DNA of 64,000 nucleotides from positions 218,305 to 282,304 of the forward strand of contig CAZJVP010000020.1 of assembly GCA_964549615.1 (NCBI GenBank). The letters run 5' to 3'. A model generated the notes under the pieces. It did no database searches. It saw nothing but the letters and a program-made list of their open reading frames with translations, and had not been told where the DNA came from. Below are positions 21,001 to 30,501 of the stretch, in pieces. A program made the position numbers and the translations under genes. Source of the DNA: an uncultured Thermococci archaeon (GTDB taxonomy: Archaea > CAYQAE01 > CAYVLA01). Positions within the stretch are counted from its first letter, which is position 1; the number at the start of each line of letters is the position of its first letter.

Positions 21001-22800
21001 TGCCTTGTCCAAGGCGAGATCGGGATAGGGCGCCCCAAGGAGCGAGGCCCATGTGCAAAATGACTCGGCACCGTACAGGCCAACCTCGCCCAGCCTGTTG
21101 GCTATCTTGAGCTCGATCCTCGATTGAGAGGTCCCGATGTGGTACTGGCTGGCGTCCCGGGAAGTAACTGGAACGAGCGCGCCGCGGGACTCGTCCTTGA
21201 GGACATCATCGAAGAACTCGGCGGGGTCCCCAACCTCGATGCGAGGCAAGAGCGACTTGAGCTCCTCGGTCCGTCCCAGGATCCACGGCGTGGGGGATTT
21301 GAAGTCGTTGCAGTCCATCCTCAGGTCCGTGTGGTGTCCGAGGGATTCCATCTCCGAGAGGCCTGCGTATGCCCTCCCCCTCATCTCATCAAGGTTGGAT
21401 GTGGTGAATCCGTAGTCGACCCGGCGATGGATCAGCGTGGTGCCGTCCAGAGACATGTGTCTGAATACGGCGGGGAAGCCCTTCACGGTCTTCGACCAGA
21501 TCACGCCGATGTTGCCCGACTTCTTGAGGATCTGGGAAAGCTGGACGATGTGGCCGAACACATCCCAAGGGTGGTAGACCCTCGGGCTAGCACCGAAAAG
21601 AGAGCTCGCGAACAACCTGCCGTAGAGGATGTTGCGTATGAGCTGCTCGCCCGATATGTTCTTCTCGTTGGGCTCGTTGTAGGAACCGCCTAGGATGACC
21701 CTTCCCTGCCTGACGAGGCTCATCAGATAGTCGCGATCGCCGGGGTGGAAATCCAGGTACGGCTTCAGGTAGTCCAGCTCGTGGAAGATGACCTTGAATC
21801 CGGGGTCGGCCCTGCAGAAGTTGAGGTACTGGGCCACATTATGCAGCGACACGTCGTTGTACATCGATTGCGTGTTGGTCCATATGGGGTCGCAGTGAAA
21901 CCCGACGCCGACATGGACGGTCGCGTCCGCAACCGGCACTGCGGGAACCTCGAGCTCACTGGACAACGTGCAGCGATCTTCGCCCGCCACCACCTCGAGG
22001 CCGACACGGGCCTTACCCACCTTCCACGCCATGGGAAGACCGAGCAGCACGCTCTTCGTCTCACCTGCCCTCACGATCTCGATCGATCTTGAGATCTCAG
22101 AACCAAGCTCCTCAGAACTCAGCAGGGTCGCGACGTCGGATACGTCTAGGCCCGAAAAGTTCGCGAGCGCGAACTCCAACTCCAGTTCCGGCCTCGCCGT
22201 AGTTCCGCGAAAGTACCCGGTCGCCCTCGGTGCCGTGACGCCGATCCCGCTCGACCCCACGAGCTTGGCCCTCCTGAAAGAACAGGATGCGCCCCAAGCG
22301 GCTCCGCGCCTAGCACTACCCAGAACCTTGAGAAGGAGGAGGTTTCGGCCGGGCTTCAGCGGGATCTGAACCAAACCTCTATCGGGCGACGCGACCCTGT
22401 GATTGACTATCAGGCGTCCCACCATCTGGGGCTTGAAGTCGCAGACGAACCACTCATCCGTCGAACTGACCAGATAGGTCGCCGCGTACGCGATGCCGTG
22501 ACTTGCCTCCGGAAACAGCGAAGCGAAATCGATCTTTGAGGAGATTGCATCCAGGATGTCCCAGACCGTCTCCTTCCCGGGCAGAGCCTCTGACCGATAC
22601 GTCATGCCAGGGAAGGGTCGGATGAAAAGCTCGCCCCCGATGGGATCCGAGTCGGGCACCTCGAACCTGCCCATACGAAAGAGCCTGTAGGCCTCCGCCT
22701 CATCGCCGGCTGGGAAAGGCCCACAGACTAGCCAATGGGGGATGAAGCCTAGCTTCTCCACGGCCTTAGACGGGACGTCGCGAAACTGGTTTGCGCTCAT
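18085..22800 (-). CDS. GH38 alpha-mannosidase-like protein with N- and C-terminal extensions
   Basis: FHCDPIW, EQLIRNILYG, WDVFGH, HHDAITGT, FNALNW, IENEFY motifs. Confidence 0.9.
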   Translation of the reverse strand: MSANQFRDVPSKAVEKLGFIPHWLVCGPFPAGDEAEAYRLFRMGRFEVPDSDPIGGELFIRPFPGMTYRSEALPGKETVWDILDAISSKIDFASLFPEASHGIAYAATYLVSSTDEWFVCDFKPQMVGRLIVNHRVASPDRGLVQIPLKPGRNLLLLKVLGSARRGAAWGASCSFRRAKLVGSSGIGVTAPRATGYFRGTTARPELELEFALANFSGLDVSDVATLLSSEELGSEISRSIEIVRAGETKSVLLGLPMAWKVGKARVGLEVVAGEDRCTLSSELEVPAVPVADATVHVGVGFHCDPIWTNTQSMYNDVSLHNVAQYLNFCRADPGFKVIFHELDYLKPYLDFHPGDRDYLMSLVRQGRVILGGSYNEPNEKNISGEQLIRNILYGRLFASSLFGASPRVYHPWDVFGHIVQLSQILKKSGNIGVIWSKTVKGFPAVFRHMSLDGTTLIHRRVDYGFTTSNLDEMRGRAYAGLSEMESLGHHTDLRMDCNDFKSPTPWILGRTEELKSLLPRIEVGDPAEFFDDVLKDESRGALVPVTSRDASQYHIGTSQSRIELKIANRLGEVGLYGAESFCTWASLLGAPYPDLALDKAWRQLLFNSHHDAITGTSCDKSYLDMLQGYREALGLIHQCIARALDHIASKADLSACEGTPLMVFNALNWTRTSVAKARITFQKPVASFALLDPKGREQPFCVLSTEEDEKGIRSAEIEFVAQDIPSMGYATYQVRPLDRRSLPRWAAKGGELSIENEFYKLTVDPNRGGGIRSILDKETGKEVVPPASPHLANEIAILKEKGDRNEPSWELYTTGEMMFSDRFPVDVSVQECGPTSRIRVTGRVGEHCEVVREIVLRKGLKMIDFRTEIRDYRGKDDLFVALFPTDIAGSVPTYEERFGAIVKHRGRKQFDYKTWRGDAYSDCVIHSSQNFFDLGSTTKIRFVDYEARTVSSCPLGSVLLVTPHSKEVQILSARLQRALANRGVLTTPWFDDDDAPRRTKLVHADSTEARSMNEDLPNTNFRISVGVGANNSYSISLLRGLDKPTLEGFTDRVQRLGFDFLVVADRNVPPGWNAVPVLIVEASDSQQLEKAIDFLVDGLRSGDLIIPQHANHLGPVKVEDYGLTVLNRGNMANTVEPEGTMSLFLTHTSNWSRVHLEEEFIPERKDHVFQYALYPHAGSWREAGSYRLGWEYNVPLFCCQASPHKGSLPPVHSFLEVSSENVVVTACKPVGNPVAAFQARASDPSKGVVIRAYEAEGKRVDSVFKVWLPVEGAWRTDLLENRQASLDARGNSFAASFEPFSVETFEVKLVAPAAPAAVGPEVVEAVQPIYTRYWKENLGPAPIGYQAVALSIQGSPITEAGGRGTTINRLAVSLVNNYVDRPISGRIVMEAPAGWRVEPETIWYDLPPLSHRSYDVVLSFSGLRRTGLFRARITHDGQTYEDVIEVGEQSKLTYTGGGSVYQDVLKVQIERAVTWSVFHQDDRVAVRIENPYNERVDGGVALIVPPELWARNEVGDYSIAEMTPPVQAFHIPPKSFQVLEFRLRNRAERSVSFWAYAKLFYMGRTEYKRVR

Positions 22801-22902
22801 GGTTACCGCCGAACTCGACCGAGCACCGCGAATGCCGCATATAAAATGTAACCGCCTGCCGGGCCAACATTTTTACTCTGGCCACCGAGGCCCCCTAGCG
22901 GA

Positions 22903-23763
22903 ATGCACATGATCAGGCTGGGCCTCTGTGGGACAAACAACTCGCACTCGGTCGTCTTCTCAAGGCTAGTCAACGATCCTAACCTTCCCGCACATGAAAA
23001 GGTTGAAGGTGCTAGGATGGTCGCATTCTTCGCCTACGATGACGAGAACGTCGCCAAGCTCAAGGAGCTCAACGTGAGCGCCCAAGTCAAGAGCAAGGAG
23101 GAACTCATCCACCTGGTCGACGGCGTCCTCTGCGTCACCAGGGATGGCTCCAAGCATCTTGAGGAGGCCACGCCGTTCCTTGAAGCCGGGGTCCCCACCT
23201 TCATCGACAAGCCTCTTGCGACCTCTCTTGAGGACGCTAGGAAGATCGTTGCGATCGCCCGCAGGACCGGCACCCCGCTGATGTCCTGCTCGTCCCTCCG
23301 CTTTGCGCCCGAGATCACGAGCCATGAAGCCCGGCTCAAGGAGATAGCGCCACTCAGAGCGGGAACCGTCACCGGGATGGGAGAGACTATCTTCTATGGC
23401 GTACACGCCGCTGAGATGATGAGCGCCGTATTCGGATCCGGGATGGATTACGTTGTGAACGTTGGAACGGAGGGCCACGACATCGGCACTGTCCAGTACG
23501 CCGACGGCAAGACAGTGTCTCTCCAGATAATCAGGGACGCGAAGGTGGATTTCCGGGTCATTGCGCACGGCGAGAAGGGCAGAGAGGAGATCGTCGTTTC
23601 AAGCACCCTTTACTATCCCGAGACGCTGAGGAGGGTCGTCGAGTTCGTCAAGACGGGGGAGAGCCCTGTGGATCCGAAAGACACGCTTGAGATCATCGCA
23701 TGCCTGAACGGCCTGGTGAAGAGCCGCGAGACCGGGACCCGGATCCGGCTGGCGGACCTTTAG
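22903..23763 (+). CDS. Gfo/Idh/MocA oxidoreductase
   Basis: FIDKPLA, SCSSLRF, FYGVHAAE. Confidence 0.88.
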   Translation: MHMIRLGLCGTNNSHSVVFSRLVNDPNLPAHEKVEGARMVAFFAYDDENVAKLKELNVSAQVKSKEELIHLVDGVLCVTRDGSKHLEEATPFLEAGVPTFIDKPLATSLEDARKIVAIARRTGTPLMSCSSLRFAPEITSHEARLKEIAPLRAGTVTGMGETIFYGVHAAEMMSAVFGSGMDYVVNVGTEGHDIGTVQYADGKTVSLQIIRDAKVDFRVIAHGEKGREEIVVSSTLYYPETLRRVVEFVKTGESPVDPKDTLEIIACLNGLVKSRETGTRIRLADL

Positions 23764-23780
23764 CACTGGGGTGGGCGACG

Positions 23781-24737
23781 TTGGACAGGATTCGGCTTGC
23801 GCTGATAGGCGCGGGGGGCATGGCAAACGCGGTGCACTATCCCTCGCTTGCCGAGTTCCCGGACGTGGAAATGGCGGGCCTGTGCGATCTTGTCGAGGAG
23901 AGACTGAACGCGACGGCCGATCGGTTCAACATACAGGCAAGATACCGGGACTACAGGAAGATGATAGAGGATATCAAACCTGACGCGGCCTACATCCTGA
24001 TGCCTCCCCATCAACTGTATGACCTGGCGGTGTACTGCCTCTCCAAAGGCATTCACCTCTTCATAGAGAAGCCGCCGGGCATCACGAGCTACCAGACAAA
24101 GAGGCTCTCAAAGCATGCAAGGTCGCACGGATGCCTAACCATGGTCGGGTTCAATCGGAGGTACATTCCCCTCATGACTAGGGTCAAGGAGATGGCCGAG
24201 CAGAAGGGTCCCATACTCCAAGCGGTTGCAAGTTTCTACAAGAACATGGTGGGAGCTCCCCCATACTATGATGGCGCAGTGGACCTGCTCACATGCGACG
24301 TGATCCATGCGGTCGATGCCCTGAGGTGGATGTGCGGTGAGGCAAGCAGAATCGCGAGCCACATACGGGCACTGAACGCCGACTACGAGAACAGCTTCAA
24401 CGCCCTGATCAAATTCGAGTCCGGCGCCTCCGGCGTCCTGCTCAGCAACTGGACGGGCGGAGCCCGGGTGCACACCTTCGAGATGCATTCCATCCGCTTC
24501 TCGGCATTCATAGATCCAAACACCAAGGCCAGGATTTTCGACGACTCCGACCAGGCGATCGAGATAAGGGCCCAGGACGCCGCAGGATCGGATTCGTTCC
24601 ACAAGGTCTATGGCTTCTCCGCAGAGAACAGACACTTCATAGATTGCGTGAGGAACGGCAAAGAGCCGATGACAAGCTTCGAGGACGCGGCCAAGACCAT
24701 GGAACTCATCGACCGAATTAACGCTTCAAGGATCTAA
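23781..24737 (+). CDS. Gfo/Idh/MocA oxidoreductase
   Basis: IGAGGMA, IEKPPG, VGFNRRY, DVIHAVD; start moved to TTG 23781. Confidence 0.92.
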   Translation: MDRIRLALIGAGGMANAVHYPSLAEFPDVEMAGLCDLVEERLNATADRFNIQARYRDYRKMIEDIKPDAAYILMPPHQLYDLAVYCLSKGIHLFIEKPPGITSYQTKRLSKHARSHGCLTMVGFNRRYIPLMTRVKEMAEQKGPILQAVASFYKNMVGAPPYYDGAVDLLTCDVIHAVDALRWMCGEASRIASHIRALNADYENSFNALIKFESGASGVLLSNWTGGARVHTFEMHSIRFSAFIDPNTKARIFDDSDQAIEIRAQDAAGSDSFHKVYGFSAENRHFIDCVRNGKEPMTSFEDAAKTMELIDRINASRI

Positions 24738-24871
24738 GAACCCTTGCAGGGGCGACTTGGCGGACAGACGGGGCGGCGCCTAGGGTCTTCGCATCTCGAC
24801 ACCTGCGCGTGCCTCGTTGTTCGTGATTCCTGCGCAACCGAGATAAATGGCGTTGAGAAAGAGGCCCGTAC

Positions 24872-25930
24872 ATGAGAATCTGCATAGTGAACCCGTTCTT
24901 CCACCCTTACATCGGAGGGATCGAGGAACACATACGCGCCATCGGAACGAGGCTCTCCAAACGCGACGAGGTCCACGTAATCACGAGCCTCTTGCCCGGA
25001 ACCCAGGCCTTCGAAGTAGTGGACGGAATGCAGGTCCACAGGCTGCCTTCGCTCTTCCTAAAGATATATACGCCGCCTGCCACTGCCACATGGGGGGTTG
25101 GGAAACGCATAGCCGACATTTCCCCCGACATCTTGCATGCCCACCACAGGTGGTCCCCGGAATATGCAAGGGCGGTGAGGGGCTTCGTAGGGAAGATCCC
25201 CATTGTGCTGACATGGCACAACGATTTCGGCGAGGGCGTTGGATGGCAGCGACCGTTCAGCCTCTTGAACGACGTGCTCTTCAGGCAGTACCTTGCGCGG
25301 AGATGCGCAAGGATAATCTGCATCAGCGAGTACGTACGCGGTAGGCTCATCGAGAGGGGAATCCGGGCGGAACTGCTGCGCGTCATCCACAACGGCGTGG
25401 AAATCCAACCATACTCAGATCTCGAGGAAGACTTCGTCCTCTATGTGGGTCGGTTGGTTCAGACAAAGGGATTGGATGTGCTGGCGAAGGCCATGAAGGG
25501 GGTTCGCTCGACACTAGTCGTATGCGGCAAAGGGCCGTCGTCCCACATCCTAAAGGGACTGCCAAACGTGAAGCTGGCGGGCCACGTCGCCGAAGAGGAA
25601 AAACACAAACTCCTGGCAAGATGCAAGTTCCTTGTCCTCCCGTCCAGAATCGAGTCCTTCGGGTTGGTCCTCCTGGAGGCCATGGCTCACGGAAAGCCCG
25701 TGGTGGCAACGAGGGTTGGCGGCGTTCCGGAGGTTGTGGGTGACGCAGGGATCCTAGTGGAGCCAGGGGATTCGCGTCAGCTAAGGGATGCGATGAACTC
25801 CCTTCTTTCCGACGATGGGCTGCGCCGCGAGCTGGGCAAAAAAGCTTGGGCTCGCGCCAGCATCTTTTCCTGGGACAGGACGGCCTCGGAAGTGTTGGAA
25901 GTATACCGGGAGGTCCTCATGTCCCGCTAG
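24872..25930 (+). CDS. GT4 glycosyltransferase
   Basis: GGIEEH, VGRLVQTKG, ESFGLVLLEAMA. Confidence 0.93.
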   Translation: MRICIVNPFFHPYIGGIEEHIRAIGTRLSKRDEVHVITSLLPGTQAFEVVDGMQVHRLPSLFLKIYTPPATATWGVGKRIADISPDILHAHHRWSPEYARAVRGFVGKIPIVLTWHNDFGEGVGWQRPFSLLNDVLFRQYLARRCARIICISEYVRGRLIERGIRAELLRVIHNGVEIQPYSDLEEDFVLYVGRLVQTKGLDVLAKAMKGVRSTLVVCGKGPSSHILKGLPNVKLAGHVAEEEKHKLLARCKFLVLPSRIESFGLVLLEAMAHGKPVVATRVGGVPEVVGDAGILVEPGDSRQLRDAMNSLLSDDGLRRELGKKAWARASIFSWDRTASEVLEVYREVLMSR

Positions 25931-27038
25931 GGCCACTCCCCCCTCGCTCAAGGAGGGACAGATAGAGGGCCTTCCATTCCTCCGCAATCCTTCCCTGCGA
26001 GAACTGCTCCGCCTTCCGGCGCGCACTCGCGCCCATCCTCTCCCGAAGGTTCTTGTCGCCGAGGAGATTCAAGACACACCGGGCCAGGTCCTCCGCATTT
26101 CCCGGCCGGAACTTCAGACCGTCAACACCGTTCGTGATCACATCCCTGAGGCCGCCTGCGTCGGCACCGACAACCGGCTTTGCGCAGGCCATCGCCTCGA
26201 GGGCCACAAGTCCCTGCGTCTCGGTGTCCGAAGGGATCACGAAGATATCGCAACCCCTGTACGCATCGACCAGGTCTGGGAGCTCGAGATAGTGATCGAA
26301 ACGGAAGTTGCCGTTCAGCCCTTTCCTTCGGACCATGCTTCGGTAGAGTTCTTCCTGGACGCCACTCCCGACCACCCTGAATGTCGACCCGGGATACTCC
26401 TTCAGAATCAGAGGCGCGGCATCGATCAGGATCTCAACCTTCTTCTCCCTGCCGAGACGGCCCACGTAGAGGATCACCGGATCGTGGTTCGGGGGCCTGT
26501 CTTGGGGGCTGAAGAACTCCGTGTTGAGGGAGTTCGATATTACGCGGACATCCCTCAACCTTCTGGCGAGGAGGATGTCGCGCATTGAGGCTGAAGGCGT
26601 AGTCACCACCGTGCAACGCCTGTAGAAGCAACTCACGTACCTCCACGCCAGCCCCCTGAGCAGCCCGCCCAGGTCGCCATAGACGTAATGTGTGTACTCC
26701 GGCACCAGCGTGTGAAAGGTCCCGACGATTGGGAGCATCAGCCTCTTGGCCGCAGACACCGCGGCCAACCCGAGCGTGAACGGGGTGTGGACGTGAACTA
26801 GGTCTATGCCCTCCTCGATGAATATCTGGCCCATCGTTCTCGGGCCCACCAAGGCGACCCTGTAGTCCGGATAGGGCTGAAACGTCAATGATCGAAAGCC
26901 CCGTGCACTCTTGGCATCGGTGGGTGCAAAGATCCTGACCTCGTGGTCCTTGCCCACCTCCTCCGCGATGGCGTCCACGGAGCTGACGACGCCGTTGACC
27001 TGCGGATGGTAAGTGTCGGTGATCAAGGCCACTTTCAA
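25917..27038 (-). CDS. GT4 glycosyltransferase, monoglycosyl-lipid-synthase-like
   Basis: TDTYHPQVNGVVSS, HVHTPF, TFHT, ETQGLVALEAMA. Confidence 0.9.
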   Translation of the reverse strand: MKVALITDTYHPQVNGVVSSVDAIAEEVGKDHEVRIFAPTDAKSARGFRSLTFQPYPDYRVALVGPRTMGQIFIEEGIDLVHVHTPFTLGLAAVSAAKRLMLPIVGTFHTLVPEYTHYVYGDLGGLLRGLAWRYVSCFYRRCTVVTTPSASMRDILLARRLRDVRVISNSLNTEFFSPQDRPPNHDPVILYVGRLGREKKVEILIDAAPLILKEYPGSTFRVVGSGVQEELYRSMVRRKGLNGNFRFDHYLELPDLVDAYRGCDIFVIPSDTETQGLVALEAMACAKPVVGADAGGLRDVITNGVDGLKFRPGNAEDLARCVLNLLGDKNLRERMGASARRKAEQFSQGRIAEEWKALYLSLLERGGSGPSGT

Positions 27039-27324
27039 CCTGTCAGGCCCCTAGACGTCTGCGCGCGAGCGCCCGGACAAGGAGGCTCCGAACGCCCGAA
27101 GTTCTATGCGAATCCAGATCGTTCGGTCGTCCTAGGAAAAGACCAGGAGGTGTTGATAATGTTATCGCATGGCGCCTGGGGCCGTCTTGGCGTGCTCCAC
27201 GCCGGATCGGCCAAGCGACGCCATGCCTTTCGCCCCAAGCCCGGACAAGATCAGGGATGCCGCAAGATGAATGTTGGAGCAATACTTATAACCCGCTTGC
27301 CGGGGGTACGACAAAGGTGTTTCG

Positions 27325-28422
27325 GTGCCTCCTTCGGCCCGCATAGATCCTGTCCGCACCGGGATACTCGTCCTAGCTGGCGCGTCCCTAGTCGTGCTGC
27401 TAGTGCTCTGCATCGGCGGCCGGGCTGCGCTCCAGAACATCCTGAGGATGAAGCCGGGCCTCTTCCTGGTCGCCCTCGGCCTGCAGATCGCCCACACGGC
27501 CCTTTGGGCCCTGCGATGGTCGCTGATCATCCGCGCCCAGGGACAGAAGGTGCCAAGGGAGATCCTGGGCATAACATTCTCGGGTGCCTTCTTCAACAAC
27601 ATAACGCCCGTGGCCAAGAGCGGAGGGGAGCCGGTGCGAGCCTACCTGTTGGGGAAGATGAACCACACGACCCCGGAGGAGGGGATGGCTAGCGTGGTGG
27701 TCGACCGCATCTTCGACATGGCGCCCTTCGTGATAATATGCCTCATCACCTTTGCCCTCATATTCGTGTCCCATCTTGCTGCGAACCTGTTCCTCCTCAC
27801 GTTGATCCTCCTTGGGCTCATCGCCTCGGGCGTGCTCTCGGTCGTCTTGACCCTTGCTTGCCTCCGTAAAGAGGCAGGGCTCAGGATTGTCCTTTTCTTC
27901 TTTGACAAGCTCAAGCCCATACTCAGACGGTTCGGCCCCGTGGAAGAGCTGAGGAGCCGGCTGGAAAAAGCACTGGGAAGGTTCTACCTCGGCGTCAAGA
28001 CCATCTCCGAGAACAGGCGGCTCCTCCTAGCAAGCATGCTGATCTCCCTCCTGCTCTGGCTCATCATCATCCTCAGGCTGAAGACGGTGTTCGCCTCGCT
28101 GGGATCGGAGCAGAGCCTCCTTGTCATCAACGTCGTTTCAGTCGGTGCCGTGTTCGTCGAGTTCCTTCCCCTCCTTCCCGGAGGGCTGGTCTCGACGGAG
28201 GCGACCATGATCGCGCTCTTCATAGGCCTTGGGGTGCACAAGGACCTTTCCACCTCAGCAGTTCTGCTCGACCGCGTGATATCATACTGGGCCGTGACGA
28301 TCATCGGGGCTGCTACGACCTTTTACTTCGGCCTCAGGCAGGGCCTTCGATGGGAGGCAAACGCCACAAACGATGATGGCCAGAAGACGGATCGCGAGCC
28401 CGATGGTGAGCGTTCCATCTGA
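27325..28422 (+). CDS. Flippase-like / LPG-synthase TM domain protein (UPF0104)
   Basis: RW, NNITPVAKSGGEPVRAY, DRIFD, LPGGL..E, DRVISYW. Confidence 0.9.
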   Translation: MPPSARIDPVRTGILVLAGASLVVLLVLCIGGRAALQNILRMKPGLFLVALGLQIAHTALWALRWSLIIRAQGQKVPREILGITFSGAFFNNITPVAKSGGEPVRAYLLGKMNHTTPEEGMASVVVDRIFDMAPFVIICLITFALIFVSHLAANLFLLTLILLGLIASGVLSVVLTLACLRKEAGLRIVLFFFDKLKPILRRFGPVEELRSRLEKALGRFYLGVKTISENRRLLLASMLISLLLWLIIILRLKTVFASLGSEQSLLVINVVSVGAVFVEFLPLLPGGLVSTEATMIALFIGLGVHKDLSTSAVLLDRVISYWAVTIIGAATTFYFGLRQGLRWEANATNDDGQKTDREPDGERSI

Positions 28423-28572
28423 GTTCGACTTCGTCCCGCCTCGCTATGCTGAAACCTCGGCTCTTCCTGCGGCAACCACCCTCGATGGAGTCTTTCCCCA
28501 AAAAGGCCTTTAAAATCCGCATCGCCCGGTCGGGCATATCGTGATGTAGTTTTCCACCAACGATGGCATTGG

Positions 28573-29007
28573 ATGACCTGGAGGGCCCCCGAACACTGGA
28601 GACGTACGCTGGTTGCCTACCTTGTGGCCTTCAGCTTATGCGTCCCGTGGTACCTCGCCCAGAGAAAGGAGAAGGTCCAGCCCTCCGTATCGGGGTTGGT
28701 GATCGAGGTCGTCGACGGTGATACCATCGAGGTCTCAGGCCTGGGAACGGTGAGACTCGTGGGCATCAACACGCCCGAAAAGGGGCAGCCAGGATACCAA
28801 GAGGCCCTGGAGTTCGTCAGGAGCAACTATCTGGGGAAGACGGTCCTAGTCGACGTCGACGACGAGTCGCCCAGGGATCCCTATGGCAGGATCCTGGGAG
28901 TCGTGTACTTCAACGGCACAAACGTCAATGCCCAACTGTTGCGCTGCGGGCTCGCCAAGATCCTCTATCTTCCCCCCTCCGAGTTTGACCCCAGTTCTTG
29001 GCAGTGA
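28573..29007 (+). CDS. Membrane-anchored thermonuclease (SNase) family protein
   Basis: VVDGDTI, VRLVGINTPE, DPYGRILG; N-terminal hydrophobic segment. Confidence 0.9.
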   Translation: MTWRAPEHWRRTLVAYLVAFSLCVPWYLAQRKEKVQPSVSGLVIEVVDGDTIEVSGLGTVRLVGINTPEKGQPGYQEALEFVRSNYLGKTVLVDVDDESPRDPYGRILGVVYFNGTNVNAQLLRCGLAKILYLPPSEFDPSSWQ

Positions 29008-29282
29008 GGCCCTGCGCTTCCGGGTCAGGGCACAGTTGGTTCTTGATTAGCAGGACGGAATCAAGGCCCGGCCAGAGTGGACTCGAGACTGGCATGCCGC
29101 TCAACGCCCTACCCAATTCCAGCATCGAGGGGGCGCCCGACCCGCGGGGCCAAGCGCGCAGAGTACCGCAACCAGGCACCACAGCTAATAGCATCTCCGT
29201 CCCCCACCCAGAGGGAATCTGGTGCGTACCTTGTCCGGAGAGAGCCTGACGTGAGAAACTGGGTCGGCATAGGCAGCCGGCC

Positions 29283-29702
29283 TCAGGCATGGACAGACGA
29301 GGTGACCGGATCCACGACCTTGATGGACGGAATCCTTCTGAAGGTTCTGTCATGAGTCATTATCGTGTCGACGTCTGACAGTTTCATCGCCGCCAGGATG
29401 GTGCTATCTCGGCCGCCGATGCCCATATCAGCGTACTCGACCAGAAACCCCAAGGCGAGCTCTAGCATCTCCATGTCGAACTCCACGATTTTCATCGTCT
29501 CGAGGTTCTTCAAGTACCCGATGAACGCCCAGAACTCCGCCTTGGCAAGCCCCCGGAAGAAGTGAGCAACCTCCATCAGGACCGTAGTGGTTGTGACAGC
29601 ACCAGAACCGATCTCTGCCTCGAGGGCGCCGGCCACCTGGCCGTGTTCTGGGAGGCGGGTATCGAAGTAGTATATCCAGATGTTGGTATCGACGAGCATC
29701 AT
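29283..29702 (-). CDS. vapC: VapC PIN-domain toxin
   Basis: LVDTNIW, ME, GGRDSTI, THDRTF acidic PIN motifs. Confidence 0.9.
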   Translation of the reverse strand: MMLVDTNIWIYYFDTRLPEHGQVAGALEAEIGSGAVTTTTVLMEVAHFFRGLAKAEFWAFIGYLKNLETMKIVEFDMEMLELALGFLVEYADMGIGGRDSTILAAMKLSDVDTIMTHDRTFRRIPSIKVVDPVTSSVHA

Positions 29703-29721
29703 CTGGGCTCCCAGATCCTCT

Positions 29722-29937
29722 TCAGTTCAAGGGGTCCACCTTCGGGATGGCGGAGCCTTCCTTGATGCACCCCTTCATCTTCTCCATGAACTCTTCTGGC
29801 TTGACCGGCGGTGTCACAATGATGCTGTTTCCTTGGAGGTAGAGCCTGACCCTCTTTCCGGCCTCAAGACCCAACGTCTCTCGGAATGCCTTTGGCAGCA
29901 TGATCCTGCCTTTTGAGTCCAGGGTCGCTTCCCACAT
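29722..29937 (-). CDS. AbrB/MazE/SpoVT antitoxin with apparently frameshifted C-terminus
   Basis: LDSKGRIMLPKAFRETLGL; the alternative frame continues LELKRIWEPR* to an ATGA overlap with vapC. Confidence 0.85.
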   Translation of the reverse strand: MWEATLDSKGRIMLPKAFRETLGLEAGKRVRLYLQGNSIIVTPPVKPEEFMEKMKGCIKEGSAIPKVDPLN

Positions 29938-29999
29938 TCTCCCACCGATTCCCACTAGGTGGGAAGGACTCGTGAACATTACCCTTGCGTTGGTGGAAT

Positions 30000-30405
30000 C
30001 TTTGAAGAGTGCTGAGAGGCCTCGTGCTCCTCGTCTGTGTCCTAGTTGAACATCGTGTAGGTTAGGCCCTAGTGAGGGCAAGAAGACAGCAAGCGGAATG
30101 CTGCCCAAACCTTTCCTAGAGTCCCTCCGCCGCTCAAATGCACGCCTTCTGGTATCCTCGTCAGAGCCCCTTTTTTGCACCCGCGAAACATCGTTGGGTA
30201 TGAGAGGACTCCGTGGGCAGCTCTACACGATGACCAAGGGAGGGTAGCCAGAGGCCCTGGGTCAGGATGCTGACAAGCCCTTGAGTCAGAGAAGACGTTC
30301 ATTCGTTATCGGACCGAGACTCAATCTCCTCTATGCTTGGAAGCTTCGATCCCAGCCCTTGAGGGGCCTTGATCGGATCTTCAGGGATTCCCACGAGCTC
30401 GCCAA
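30000..30405 (-). pseudogene. Possible decayed second antitoxin/PIN toxin pair
   Basis: IPEDPIKAPQGLGSKLPSIEEIE* overlaps (ATGA) an ORF beginning MNVFSDS; boundaries approximate. Confidence 0.3.
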
Positions 30406-30501
30406 CCGCACTCCTCCGAACGTGCTTTTGGCAAATGGTGGAGTCTAGATGACCGCTGGACCTTCATGGAGAGCGTCTAGCAGCGTGGTCCAGTGCCCTT
30501 G

